A DNA stretch of 64,000 nt from Gammaproteobacteria bacterium (GTDB lineage Bacteria; Pseudomonadota; Gammaproteobacteria; CBDBNL01; JAAOII01): NCBI GenBank assembly GCA_965209035.1, contig OZ242372.1:928001-992000 (forward strand), in the 5' to 3' direction. Positions 32,225 through 42,841 of this stretch are shown here, one piece after another. The notes beneath the pieces are model-generated. The model searched no databases. It saw nothing but the letters and a program-made list of their open reading frames with translations, and was not told where the DNA came from. Both the position numbers and the translations under genes were made by a program. The number at the start of each line of letters is the position of its first letter. Position 1 is the first letter of the stretch.

Positions 32225-35200
32225 ATCGCAGCAATCACAAACCGACCGGCCGGGAGATTGTTATCCCCTTTATTAATTGGCGGATTTTTGCTCCCCCTTC
32301 TTTCCGCTTGTGAAAGCGGAGCTGGAAGTGATGGCAACAGCGCCGTCGCTGACGTTCCCGGGCCGGTTATCCCTTCCGCTCTCCCCGCGATCTCTGACTT
32401 GGAAGTCGTACCGGATCGGAATCTATTGAACTTCAGTTGGACCAATCCGAACCGAAATGACATAGTCGGGTTTAATATTACCCGGAGCAGAGCGGAACAG
32501 GACGAAATATTCTCACTCACGGAAGTTGATACCCGCCCTTTGGCAAAGATACGCTATATCATGGATGACGAAGATCTTAGCGAAGCCCGTATCTACACGG
32601 TGAGTGTGACGGTAATTTATGAAGGCAGCCGGGTAGCCGTGTCAAACTTTTTACATCGCCGACCCGGCGAAAACACAGACGGCGACGGATTCCCGGATAT
32701 TATAGATGCGGACGACGACAATGACGGAATTGATGATTATGTGACAAGCGGGATAGCGTTGGATGCTTGCCCGAGGGGTGAAACCGATTGGCTCGCCAAT
32801 GCGACGACGGACAACGATCGTGACGGCTGTCGCGATCGCGATGAGGACCCGGACGATGACAATGACGGGGTGACGGATGCGAACGATGCGTTTGCCAAGG
32901 ATGCCTGTGCGAGCATTGACACCGATAACGATACGCAACCGGATACTCTGGTTACCAACTGCTCAACTTCTTTGGCGGAAGACCCGGACGACGACAATGA
33001 CGGTGTAAATGATGCGAACGATGCGTTTGCCAAGGATGCTTGCGCGAGTATTGACACCGATAACGATTCGCAACCGGATACTCTGATTGCCGGCTGCCCA
33101 ACTACTTTGGCGGAAGACCCGGACGACGACAATGACGGGGTGACGGATGCGAACGATGCGTTTGCCAAGGATGCCTGCGCAAGCATTGACACAGATAACG
33201 ATTCGCAACCGGATACTCTGGTTCCCAACTGCCTAACTACTTTGACGGAAGACCCGGACGACGACAACGACACAGTAAATGATATTGCAAGCGACGGGAC
33301 CGAATTGGATCTGTGCCCGAGAGGCGAGACCGCCTGGCTTGCCAATGCGACAACGGACCATGATGGTGACGGCTGTCGCGATCGCGATGAGGACGCGGAC
33401 GACGACAATGACGGAGTTGATGATTATGTGACAAGCGGGATAGCGTTGGATGCTTGCCCGAGAGGCGAGACCGCCTGGCTTTCCAATGCGACGACGGACA
33501 ACGATCGTGACGGCTGTCGCGATCGTGATGAGGACCCGGACGATGACAACGACGGGGTGACGGATGCGAACGATGCGTTTGCCAAGGATGCTTGTGCAAG
33601 CATTGACACCGATAACGATACGCAACCGGATACTCTGATTGCCGGCTGCCCAACTACTTTGGCGGAAGACCCGGACGACGACAACGACACAGTAAATGAT
33701 TTTGCAAGCGACGGAACTATCTTGGATCGCTGTTCACCGGGGGAAATCGGCTGGCTTTCCAATGCAACAACGGACCATGACGGTGACGGCTGTCGCGATC
33801 GCGATGAGGACCCGGACGACGACAATGACGGTGTAAACGATGTCTTCCGGACGAACGGGACTGCGTTAGATGCCTGCCCGAGAGGCGAGACCGGTTGGCT
33901 TTCCAATGCAACAACGGACCATGACGGTGACGGCTGTCGCGATCGCGATGAGGACCCGGACGATGACAATGACGGGGTGACGGATGCGAACGATGCGTTT
34001 GCCAATGATGCCTGTGCAAGCATTGACACAGATAACGATATGCAACCGGATACTCTGGTTCCCAATTGCCAAACTTCTTTAAAGGAAGACCCGGACGACG
34101 ACAACGACACAGTAAATAATTTTGCAAGCGACGGAACTATCTTGGATCGCTGTTCACCGGGGGAAATCGGTTGGCTTTCCAATGCAACGACGGACCATGA
34201 TGGTGACGGCTGTCGCGATCGCGATGAGGATACGGACGATGACAATGACGGGGTGGCGGATGCGCAAGATCTGTGTCCGCGAGGTGTGCTCCGTTGGAGT
34301 TCGGGTTTGACGACAGACCAGGATCGTGACGGTTGCAGAGATCGCGACGAAGATGCGGATGACAACAATAACAGTTTGATAGAAATCAATACGCTGGACG
34401 CACTGGCATTGCTGCGCGATGACCTGAACGCCGACGGTGCGGACGATGGCTATCTTGCCGAAATTGTCGTGCCGGATTGGGCGGGCTGTCCCGCTGCAGG
34501 TTGCATTGGCTATGAATTGATGCGCTCTCTCAATTTTAGTGATATCCATTCTTACGCATTAGGCAGTACCAATAGAAGTGTGTGGACCGGCGGCAACGGC
34601 TGGTCGCCGATTGGCTCTTGCGCCGCCGATGACAGTTGTCTATTCTATAGCGGAATTTTTGACGGCAATAATCATAGTATTTCCAATCTGTTCATCTCGG
34701 CGGGTAATGCGGTTAATGGCGTAGGTCTGTTTGCCGCGACGAGTGGGACTGTGCAAAACTTACATCTGCCGGCTGCGAGTGTCAGCGGCGGCGGCAAGAA
34801 TGTGGGCTTGCTGGCGGGTAACGGGCGCAATGCCTATTTTGAGAATATTTGGGTTTCGGGAACGGCGATAAGCCCGGCTGCCGATGGCATAGGTACTTTT
34901 GCCGGGGATGCCTCGGGTGCAACTTTGATGCAAATAGTTGTTAATGGCAGTTATGTGTCCGGCAATGCAAGTGTCGGCGGTTTGGTCGGCAACGGCGAAA
35001 GGGCCCGAGTTTTTCGTTCGTCCGTGTCCGGTGCGGTCCTATTGGGTAACGCATCTGTGGGCGGTTTGATCGGAGCCGGCGAAAGCAGCCGGATTAGATT
35101 TTCATCCGTGTCCGATGGCAGCGTATCCGGCACCGAAAATGTCGGCGGTCTAGTCGGGGCCGGCGGAAGAACTCGCATCACCTCTTCGTCCGTGTCCGGC

Positions 35201-36238
35201 AGTGTTGTATTTGGCAGCGGCAATTTTGTCGGCACTCTGATCGGAGACGGCAGTAATTCTCGGATTAGTTATTCGTCCGTCTCGGGTGGCAGCGTATCCG
35301 GCCGGGAGTCTGTCGGCGGCCTGGTCGGGCGTATAGAGGGCCGGAATTCTCAAATGATTCATTCCTATACTGCCGAGGTTAATGTATCCGGCACTCTAAA
35401 TGTGGGCGGCCTGGCAGGACACAGCACTGATACTCCGATGAGTCATTCGTATATTCTCGGCGGCACCGTATCCGGCAACTCAAATGTCGGCGGCTTGATT
35501 GGACAGGGCGCGGATTTTGTGCTTAATCATTCATATGCACTCGGAAGCAATGTATCCGGCAATGATGAAAATGTGGGCGGTTTGGTCGGCGCCGGCACCG
35601 ATATCCGGATTAGCGATTCGTATGCGTCCGGCGGCCCCGTATCCGGTAATTCAAGTGTCGGCGGTCTGGTCGGCTCCGGCACAGGCGGTCTAATTAGGCG
35701 TTCATACGCATCCGGCGGCCCCGTATCCGGTAACTCAAATGTCAGCGGCCTACTCGGATCCGGCACAATGTCTTCCCTCGATTCTCATTGGGATAAGAAT
35801 ACTACCGGTCAAGCTCTATCCGGCGTTTTTGGCGTGCTTCCCAGATCTACAAGTGACTTGCAAGCACCGATTGGTGCCGGCAGTAGTATCTACTCGCTTT
35901 GGGGGGATGTCTGGTGCAATCCGAACACAATTGAAGTGATAGAAAGTCGGGCACAACCTGCCGCAGACTTTGTCCGTGTTTGGAATTTCGGCAGCAGGAC
36001 TCAATATCCCGCCCTGTACTGCACACCGGGCGGAATTGCGGTCCAACGCCCCGATGATGCGTTTCCCGCGGATGCTTGTGCAAGTACAGACATTGACGGC
36101 GACGGTTTTCCGGAGGATCTGATTGTCAACTGTCCGGCAACCACATCCTTGCTGGCGGATAATTGTCCGACAGTTTTCAATCCGACACAGGCGGATACGG
36201 ACAACGACAATACGGGCGACGCCTGTGACAACGACTAA
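32207..36238 (+). CDS. Giant surface lipoprotein: FN3-like domain, thrombospondin type-3-like Ca-binding repeats, GLUG-motif beta-solenoid (alternative GTG start at 32189)
   Basis: Lipobox LSAC; many DxDxDGC/DPDDDND repeats; repeated VGGLVG/VGGLIG; terminal DNCP..NP.Q.D.D.D..GDACD. Confidence 0.88.
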   Translation: MLCLKPIAAITNRPAGRLLSPLLIGGFLLPLLSACESGAGSDGNSAVADVPGPVIPSALPAISDLEVVPDRNLLNFSWTNPNRNDIVGFNITRSRAEQDEIFSLTEVDTRPLAKIRYIMDDEDLSEARIYTVSVTVIYEGSRVAVSNFLHRRPGENTDGDGFPDIIDADDDNDGIDDYVTSGIALDACPRGETDWLANATTDNDRDGCRDRDEDPDDDNDGVTDANDAFAKDACASIDTDNDTQPDTLVTNCSTSLAEDPDDDNDGVNDANDAFAKDACASIDTDNDSQPDTLIAGCPTTLAEDPDDDNDGVTDANDAFAKDACASIDTDNDSQPDTLVPNCLTTLTEDPDDDNDTVNDIASDGTELDLCPRGETAWLANATTDHDGDGCRDRDEDADDDNDGVDDYVTSGIALDACPRGETAWLSNATTDNDRDGCRDRDEDPDDDNDGVTDANDAFAKDACASIDTDNDTQPDTLIAGCPTTLAEDPDDDNDTVNDFASDGTILDRCSPGEIGWLSNATTDHDGDGCRDRDEDPDDDNDGVNDVFRTNGTALDACPRGETGWLSNATTDHDGDGCRDRDEDPDDDNDGVTDANDAFANDACASIDTDNDMQPDTLVPNCQTSLKEDPDDDNDTVNNFASDGTILDRCSPGEIGWLSNATTDHDGDGCRDRDEDTDDDNDGVADAQDLCPRGVLRWSSGLTTDQDRDGCRDRDEDADDNNNSLIEINTLDALALLRDDLNADGADDGYLAEIVVPDWAGCPAAGCIGYELMRSLNFSDIHSYALGSTNRSVWTGGNGWSPIGSCAADDSCLFYSGIFDGNNHSISNLFISAGNAVNGVGLFAATSGTVQNLHLPAASVSGGGKNVGLLAGNGRNAYFENIWVSGTAISPAADGIGTFAGDASGATLMQIVVNGSYVSGNASVGGLVGNGERARVFRSSVSGAVLLGNASVGGLIGAGESSRIRFSSVSDGSVSGTENVGGLVGAGGRTRITSSSVSGSVVFGSGNFVGTLIGDGSNSRISYSSVSGGSVSGRESVGGLVGRIEGRNSQMIHSYTAEVNVSGTLNVGGLAGHSTDTPMSHSYILGGTVSGNSNVGGLIGQGADFVLNHSYALGSNVSGNDENVGGLVGAGTDIRISDSYASGGPVSGNSSVGGLVGSGTGGLIRRSYASGGPVSGNSNVSGLLGSGTMSSLDSHWDKNTTGQALSGVFGVLPRSTSDLQAPIGAGSSIYSLWGDVWCNPNTIEVIESRAQPAADFVRVWNFGSRTQYPALYCTPGGIAVQRPDDAFPADACASTDIDGDGFPEDLIVNCPATTSLLADNCPTVFNPTQADTDNDNTGDACDND

Positions 36239-36410
36239 GACAAGGTGCCGGATGATACAAATGAACAATTCCCCCACTGCCGTTTGGGTAAACCGGGCAG
36301 GAAAGGTCCTTAAGAAGGCCCTTAAATCGGCTGAATTGTACAATTACAGTTAAAGAGCAATGTAAAAACGGATTGCCCTTATACTTTAACAAGATGTTTC
36401 GCTATTTCTT

Positions 36411-37115
36411 ATGAACACACAAACTGTCAAACAACCCGAAGGCTCCGGTCTGAAAGGGCGCGAAGTCCTTGGCAAGGATATAGAGGTATATTCCAATGCC
36501 CGGGACCCCTACTGCCATCGGCTGCGCTTTGCCCTGCGGATAAAAAATGTCCGCCCCCAATTCATAGAAGTGAATGACATCGGCAGACCTCCCGCCACTC
36601 TGCGTGACATTAATCCGCGCTGTAAGGATCATGCCGTCCCGACTCTGGTGGAACGCGATCTGGTGATCTACCATCCCGACATCCTGATGCGGTACATTAA
36701 CGACAAGTTCCCAAGTCCGCCGTTGTTTCCTCAGCACCCGGGAGAACTCGCCCGATACAATATTCAACTTTGGCAAATCAAAGAAAGCATCGTTGAACCT
36801 TGTGATGTCATTCTTGCCGGCAAAAATCGCTACAAGTCCTCCAAGTTGGAAAGCAACCTGCTGAGCGAAGTGGTGATGCTAACCTATCGGGACGAAGATC
36901 GGTTTGCCGTTTCGGAGTATCCAAAAACACGCCTGCCGGATATGATTGATTGTATGTTGGCGCCGGTTCTCTGGCGTTTTTCGGTTCTTGGAATTAACAT
37001 ACCGAACAATGTTGCCAAATACCGCAAGTTAACATCCTATATGCAATGGCTGTTTCGTCAACCCACTTTCATAGAAAGTTGCACCGAAGCGGAACTGGAA
37101 ATGTTCACCGACTAA
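36411..37115 (+). CDS. sspA: Stringent starvation protein A-like (GST fold)
   Basis: YS...DPYCHRLR, INP....VPTLVERDL, YINDKFP.PPL, DCMLAPVLWR, F.ES.TEAE.EM. Confidence 0.8.
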   Translation: MNTQTVKQPEGSGLKGREVLGKDIEVYSNARDPYCHRLRFALRIKNVRPQFIEVNDIGRPPATLRDINPRCKDHAVPTLVERDLVIYHPDILMRYINDKFPSPPLFPQHPGELARYNIQLWQIKESIVEPCDVILAGKNRYKSSKLESNLLSEVVMLTYRDEDRFAVSEYPKTRLPDMIDCMLAPVLWRFSVLGINIPNNVAKYRKLTSYMQWLFRQPTFIESCTEAELEMFTD

Positions 37116-37298
37116 GCGGTTCATCTGATCCTCTCATCTTATCCTCGCGGGAAGGGAGGAGGGAGGAGGACTAATGCACTCGCCCTCGCATCGCAAAGAG
37201 AAAGTTGCACCGAAGCGGAACTGGAAATGTTCACCGACTAAGCGGTTAATCTTGTCCTCTAATCTGATCCTCGCGGGAAGAGGACTAATGCACTCGCC
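37073..37298. repeat. Tandem duplication of the sspA 3' end and downstream DNA (offset 126 bp)
   Basis: 49-bp identical block at 37073-37121 and 37199-37247, followed by degenerate copies of ATCCTCGCGGGAAG...GGACTAATGCACTCGCC. Confidence 0.9.
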
Positions 37299-37353
37299 GC
37301 TTTCCCCTACATTTTCCTCTATATTTTCCCGGGGCTTCCCCCTGCACTTCCCC

Positions 37354-38778
37354 CTATATTTTTCCGGGGGCCTTCCCCTGCGGCGACTTCTTCCGGCTTT
37401 GTGTTTCCGCCGCCGCCATCTCAAACATCGTTTCAATGGCATGGCCAATATGGCTACTCGTCCGAATGCGGGCATCAAACGATTTGGCCGGGGCGTTCGC
37501 CTCCGGCACCAGCAGATTATGAAAGCCGTGCCGCACCGCCGCCTCTATTCTTTCCTGTCCGTAAGCGGACGGCCGGATCTCACCGTTTAGCCCCACCTCG
37601 CCGAACGCGGCAAACTTCGGCGGCGGCACCTTGTTTTTCAAAATAGACACCACCGCCAAGAGTAACGGCAAGTCCGTGGCGGTCTCTTCCACCCGAAGCC
37701 CCCCGACCAAACTGATATAGATATTGTTATTCTTCGGCGAGATGCCGCAATGACAATTAAGCACCGCCATTAATAATCCCGCCCGATTCGCATCCATCCC
37801 AATCACAATCTGACGCGGATAAGCGGTAACCTGCGAATCCGCCAAGGACTGAACCTCCACCAGCATAGGGCGGCTGCCTTCGCGCACAATACCGGTAACA
37901 CTGCCGGCAATCGGCGTATCGGAACGGGACAAAAAGATCGCGGAAGGGTTGCGAACGCCCTTCAAACCGGTTTCGGTCATCGCAAAGATGCCAACCTCAT
38001 TAACCCTGCCGAAACGATTCTTCAAAGCGCGCAGTGTTCGATAGCGCGTATCTTCCGTGCTTTCCAATAACAGGGAAGCATCCACAAGATGCTCCAAAAC
38101 GCGCGGCCCCGCCAGAGAACCCTCTTTGGTAACATGACCGATGATTAACACCGCACAACCTGCGGACTTCGCATACTCCATCAATCGCATCGCACACTCG
38201 CGCACCTGGGCAACTCCGCCGGCGGTGCCGCTCTGCTCTGCCGAGTGCATCACCTGAATAGAATCTATGACCATCAGATCCGGTTTATCCCGCTCCATAG
38301 TCGCCAGAATTTTTCCCAGGTCATTGGCCGCGAGAACCCGAATCGGGCACTGACTCACCCCCAGCCGCCGGGCATGCAGCACAATCTGGCTCTCGGACTC
38401 CTCACCGCTGACATAACAGACGCGATAATTACGCGACAGATCGGCCATGGCTTGCATCAGCAGGGTGCTTTTGCCCGCCCCCGGACTCCCGCCGATCAGA
38501 ATCACCGAGCCCGCAACCAGACCGCCGCCCAGCACCCGGTCCAACTCGGCCGAGCCGGTGGAAAAGCGAATGTCCTCTCGGATTTGTATATCGCCGAGCA
38601 GTTTAGCCGGCGGCAAGGATTTTAAGGCCTTTAATGCCTTTTGTGTGTGCCGCGACTTCTCGGCAACATTGTTGTCTTCCTTTAAAGTGTTCCACTTGCC
38701 GCAGTGGTTACACTGTCCCTGCCAGCGAGAATGGCGACCGCCGCAATCGCCGCAGATGTAAACCGAATCTTTTGCCAC
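37354..38778 (-). CDS. radA: DNA repair protein RadA/Sms
   Basis: C4 zinc finger, GSPGAGKST, KNRFG and a Lon-like C-terminus. Confidence 0.97.
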   Translation of the reverse strand: MAKDSVYICGDCGGRHSRWQGQCNHCGKWNTLKEDNNVAEKSRHTQKALKALKSLPPAKLLGDIQIREDIRFSTGSAELDRVLGGGLVAGSVILIGGSPGAGKSTLLMQAMADLSRNYRVCYVSGEESESQIVLHARRLGVSQCPIRVLAANDLGKILATMERDKPDLMVIDSIQVMHSAEQSGTAGGVAQVRECAMRLMEYAKSAGCAVLIIGHVTKEGSLAGPRVLEHLVDASLLLESTEDTRYRTLRALKNRFGRVNEVGIFAMTETGLKGVRNPSAIFLSRSDTPIAGSVTGIVREGSRPMLVEVQSLADSQVTAYPRQIVIGMDANRAGLLMAVLNCHCGISPKNNNIYISLVGGLRVEETATDLPLLLAVVSILKNKVPPPKFAAFGEVGLNGEIRPSAYGQERIEAAVRHGFHNLLVPEANAPAKSFDARIRTSSHIGHAIETMFEMAAAETQSRKKSPQGKAPGKI

Positions 38779-38828
38779 TGTCTTAACTGTTTTAACTGTC
38801 TTAACTGCCTTATGCGGGTATTAACCGA

Positions 38829-39551
38829 TTAAGGCGCCAGGTACCGGGTTCGCCAGTTTCCTCTCCACCCGGTATAACACAACCGGCGATGCAAACGATT
38901 CGGCGCACCCTGCCAAAACTCAAAATAATCCGCAGCCACCGCATAGCCACCCCAATCTTTTGGGCGCGGCACCTCCCGATTGGCAAACTTCTTTTCCGCG
39001 GCGGCCGCACTCGCTTCCAATTCCGCCGGGTCCTTCAAAACGGAACTTTGCGGCGATGCCCATGCTCCAAGGCGATGGCCGCGCGGCCGCGTCGCATAAT
39101 AGGCGTCGGAATGCCGGGACGGCACCCGGCTCGCCTTCCCTTCAACGCGCACCTGGCGTGCCAACTCTTCCCACCAAAAGGTCAAAGATACCCGGTTTTG
39201 GGCCGTCAGTTGCATTCCTTTGGCACTGAGATAATTGGTATAAAAAACAAAAGCGGGCAGCGCGAAACGCAACGGGCTGCTATCCGATCCGGCAGCATAC
39301 AGCTGTCGCAACAAAACGATGCGCCCGTGCGGTCGCCCCCGGGCATCCGCCGTCGCCAAATGCATCGCATTGGGTTCTTGCATATTGCTCTTCTCCGCCG
39401 CCGCCAGCCACTCGGAGAACAATTCCAAAGGTTCCGCCGGCGGAGTCAAAAGAGCGGAGGAAGTATCGGCGACATACTGCCGGCGGCGGTCAAGTGCCTG
39501 GGCATTGCCCGCCCGCTTGCCTCCCTTAAGAATAAAGTTAAAAAAATTCAT
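38829..39551 (-). CDS. pdxH: Pyridoxamine 5'-phosphate oxidase
   Basis: EPNAMHLAT, RIVLL, FYTNY.S.KG, RQVRVEG, EFWQG.PNRLH.R. Confidence 0.95.
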   Translation of the reverse strand: MNFFNFILKGGKRAGNAQALDRRRQYVADTSSALLTPPAEPLELFSEWLAAAEKSNMQEPNAMHLATADARGRPHGRIVLLRQLYAAGSDSSPLRFALPAFVFYTNYLSAKGMQLTAQNRVSLTFWWEELARQVRVEGKASRVPSRHSDAYYATRPRGHRLGAWASPQSSVLKDPAELEASAAAAEKKFANREVPRPKDWGGYAVAADYFEFWQGAPNRLHRRLCYTGWRGNWRTRYLAP

Positions 39552-39648
39552 TTATCTTATCTTAAGAGCATCCTCAAGATATCGCCTCCCGGCAGCATCC
39601 AAAGCGTCCGCCAAAGCAGCCGTCCAAGCCCTTTCGTTAGCCGCAGGG

Positions 39649-40656
39649 TCACAATAATCGCGCCAGTTCGTTTTGCCAAAGTGCGAATTCCTCGCCCCCC
39701 GCATCTTCGGGGAAAATCGTCCGCTCCGGGATTTGTATATTCCGCGGCGAACGCGGCGCATTCATATGCTCCAAGTGATTGAGCGCACGGCGAATCGCAT
39801 CCGCATCATTGCACACCAAAAGAAAATCATTGCCGGCATCCAATGCGTCCTCAACCGCCTGTTCCATCCGATCGGGATACAGTTTCCCCACAGCCCCCAT
39901 TGTCAAATCATCGCATAGGATCGCCCTGTCATAATCCATCTCCCGTCGCAGTTTTTCTTGCAACCAAAAAGGGGAAAAAGTCGCCGCCCGATAGTCCGCT
40001 TTCGGGTAAACAACATGCGCGGTGAGCACGCCGTGCAGCGAATTCAAGCAGCGCTCAAATGCCGACAAGTCCGCCATCACTTCGGATAACTCGCGGGCAT
40101 CTTGCGGCAATTCCAGATGCGAGTCGGCACGCACCTTGCCGTGGCCGGGAAAGTGTTTGCCGATCGCGGCAACCCCGGCCGCCGCCAGACCTGCCGCATA
40201 AGCGGTCGCCAACAGAGCAACAATATCGGCATCGGCCGCAAAAGAGCGACCTCGCTTGCCACCGATGACCTCACCAAGGCGGGCGGTAACATCCAAGACA
40301 GGGGCATAATTCACATTCACCCCCGCCCGCCGCAACTCAACTCCCGCCAGTTTGCCGCAGATGCCGGCGAGAGACTGCGCCGACTCCGGGTCCCGCGCAA
40401 ACATCTTGCCAAGTTCGGCGGCGGCCGGCAACCTTGTAAAGTCCCGTAAAAATCGTTGCACTGCGCCGCCTTCGTGGTCAGCGGAAATTAGAATATCGGG
40501 ACAAACCGAGCGTGCCTCGGCGGTCAGCGCGCACAACTGCCCAAGGCTCTCATAGTTGTAGGCAAAAAGAATCAAACCACCGCTGTAAGGATGTTGCAAT
40601 CGCTCTTTCTCCTCGGCACTTAAACGAACCCCGGCGGGACTCCAAATCACTGTCAT
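39649..40656 (-). CDS. nagZ: Beta-N-acetylhexosaminidase (GH3)
   Basis: DHEGGAVQRF, KHFPGHG.V.ADSH and DDL.M motifs. Confidence 0.95.
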   Translation of the reverse strand: MTVIWSPAGVRLSAEEKERLQHPYSGGLILFAYNYESLGQLCALTAEARSVCPDILISADHEGGAVQRFLRDFTRLPAAAELGKMFARDPESAQSLAGICGKLAGVELRRAGVNVNYAPVLDVTARLGEVIGGKRGRSFAADADIVALLATAYAAGLAAAGVAAIGKHFPGHGKVRADSHLELPQDARELSEVMADLSAFERCLNSLHGVLTAHVVYPKADYRAATFSPFWLQEKLRREMDYDRAILCDDLTMGAVGKLYPDRMEQAVEDALDAGNDFLLVCNDADAIRRALNHLEHMNAPRSPRNIQIPERTIFPEDAGGEEFALWQNELARLL

Positions 40657-40873
40657 AATCTCTATTTTACATTTTATTGTTTGTCATGCATATGCCTTCC
40701 CTTGCCCCACCCCGCCCTGCCTTGTCCTCTCCCTGTCCGGCATCCTCCCGGCAAGGTTCCGGACGCGGGTGGTGGAATGGCGTGTCCTCACATTAAAAAG
40801 CCCATTTTTTACAAATACGCAGAGTCCAAAACTGGGACGGGTCATACAAGTTAAAGAAATAGCCGGCGAAATA

Positions 40874-40882
40874 TGGTATACT
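40874..40882 (+). promoter_or_regulatory. Putative extended -10 promoter of the lipoprotein array
   Basis: TGGTATACT, then an AAGGA RBS at ~40900 and ATG at 40913. Confidence 0.5.
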
Positions 40883-40912
40883 ATAACTATTCCTTATTTA
40901 AGGAACTTTATT

Positions 40913-42808
40913 ATGAATTCACAATTACAAAAAGAAATTATGAAAATATTTGCAATAAAAACTATCAGTAGCAACTGCATTGCATGCATTGCCGCGGTCG
41001 GACAACCGGCGCGCGGCAGGATAAAGTTATTCAATCTATTATTGACAATCACTCTGTCGGTCGTCCTACTCGCCGCCTGTGGCGGTAGTGGCAGCGGTTC
41101 CGGTGGCGGTGCCCCGGACGCGGATGGGGACGGCATTGCGGATGCGAAAGATAACTGTCCGATGGTTGCCAATGATGACCAAACTAATACGGACAATGCT
41201 ACTGACGGCGGTGATGCCTGTGACCCGGATGATGACAATGATGGGGTGGAAGATACAGCGGATGACTTTCCGTTGGATGCCTGTGCGAGTGTGGACACAG
41301 ATCAAGATGGTGATCCGGATCAGTTGGTTGCCGGTTGTGACACAGACTTGGAAGAAGATCCGAACGATGACAATGATGCATTTGATGATGTGGACGAGGT
41401 GGACGACAATAACAATCGCCTCATAGAAATCCACACTTTGGATGACTTGGCACGGCTGCGCGTTGATCTGAATGGCAATGGGACGGCTGATCGGACGATC
41501 GACGGGATTACCGCTATGGGAAATACCGGCTGCCCCGACGACGGCTGTAATGGCTACGAATTGACCCGCTCGTTGAATTTTAGTGATCCGGAATCCTACG
41601 CGAACCGCAGTAAAATGGATGACTGGACAAGCGGCAGCGGCTGGCAGCCAATCGGCTCTTGCGGTGCTGTGGATAGCTGCACCGCTTATACGGCTGTGTT
41701 TGATGGTCGGGATCACACGATTGCCGATCTGTTCATTTCTGTGAGTAATAACAATGGAGTCGGATTGTTCGGCGCGTTGCGCGGCCGTCTTCAAAACTTG
41801 CATCTGTTAAATGTGGATGTGAATGGCGGTGGTGATGATGTGGGCGCACTGGTCGGCCATGGCAAGAATGCTCGTTATGAGAATCTGTCGGTTACAGGTG
41901 GCAGTGTGCTGGGTCCGTCGTCCTTCGAGGGCGTAGGCGGACTGGCCGGGGATGCTGCTTCTGCTAATATGCGCGATGTGCATGTATCCGGCGTAGATGT
42001 TGCCGGGGGGACGGATAATGGCGATAGTACTGTTGGCGGACTGATTGGGCTTGGGATTAATGTGATTATTCGCTATGCTTCTGTGTCCGGCGGCTCTGTT
42101 TCCGGGGGGCAGTCTATTGGCGGACTGATTGGGATTAGTAATAGTGCTAATATTCGCTATGCTTATGTGTCCGGCACAACGGTTGCCGGTAAGATAGGTG
42201 AGATAGGCGGGCTGCTTGGGAATGGAGCTGCTGCTAAGATTCGCTATGCATATGCGTCCGGCGTCAATATTTCTGCTGGCGGTAGAGCTGGCGGGCTGAT
42301 GGGGGCCTTTCAGCAAGAAGCAAGTCTTCGCCATACTTATGTATCCGGCGGAAATATCGAAGTTACAAGTCGTGGTGTTAATGGTGTTGGCGGACTGGCT
42401 AGCGATGCGTTGAGTTCTATCATTGGTTATTCTTATGCCGCCCCCGAACGACTGACTTCAGATTTCTCCACTAATATTGGCGGCTTGGTTGGGTTTAATC
42501 CTCCCGCCTCCGCCAATTTTTCTTATTGGGACACTGAAACCACCGGGCAGTCTGCGAGTGCCGGTGGTCTCGGCATGGGCCTGCCCACTGCCGCACTGCA
42601 ATCGCCGACTAACTTCACGGGCGTAGACAATATCTATGCCGACTGGGGTAACTTCTGGTGCGACCCAGCCACGGGCGATGAGATGGAAAGTGCCGCCGAG
42701 TTGGAGGCACCGTTCATTCGTGTCTGGGATCTGGGCACAAGTTCCCAATACCCGGCTCTGAACTGCATGCCCGGCGGTCTGGCGGCACAAGGCCGAGACA
42801 AACAATAA
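40913..42808 (+). CDS. TSP3-repeat/GLUG surface lipoprotein, array copy 1
   Basis: CIAC leader, lipobox LAAC, Gly linker, DxDxDG repeats, GYELTRSLNF, GGLIG repeats, QYPALNC. Confidence 0.88.
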   Translation: MNSQLQKEIMKIFAIKTISSNCIACIAAVGQPARGRIKLFNLLLTITLSVVLLAACGGSGSGSGGGAPDADGDGIADAKDNCPMVANDDQTNTDNATDGGDACDPDDDNDGVEDTADDFPLDACASVDTDQDGDPDQLVAGCDTDLEEDPNDDNDAFDDVDEVDDNNNRLIEIHTLDDLARLRVDLNGNGTADRTIDGITAMGNTGCPDDGCNGYELTRSLNFSDPESYANRSKMDDWTSGSGWQPIGSCGAVDSCTAYTAVFDGRDHTIADLFISVSNNNGVGLFGALRGRLQNLHLLNVDVNGGGDDVGALVGHGKNARYENLSVTGGSVLGPSSFEGVGGLAGDAASANMRDVHVSGVDVAGGTDNGDSTVGGLIGLGINVIIRYASVSGGSVSGGQSIGGLIGISNSANIRYAYVSGTTVAGKIGEIGGLLGNGAAAKIRYAYASGVNISAGGRAGGLMGAFQQEASLRHTYVSGGNIEVTSRGVNGVGGLASDALSSIIGYSYAAPERLTSDFSTNIGGLVGFNPPASANFSYWDTETTGQSASAGGLGMGLPTAALQSPTNFTGVDNIYADWGNFWCDPATGDEMESAAELEAPFIRVWDLGTSSQYPALNCMPGGLAAQGRDKQ

Positions 42809-42841
42809 CGCAATGATCACCATTAATGATTTTCTAACTAT

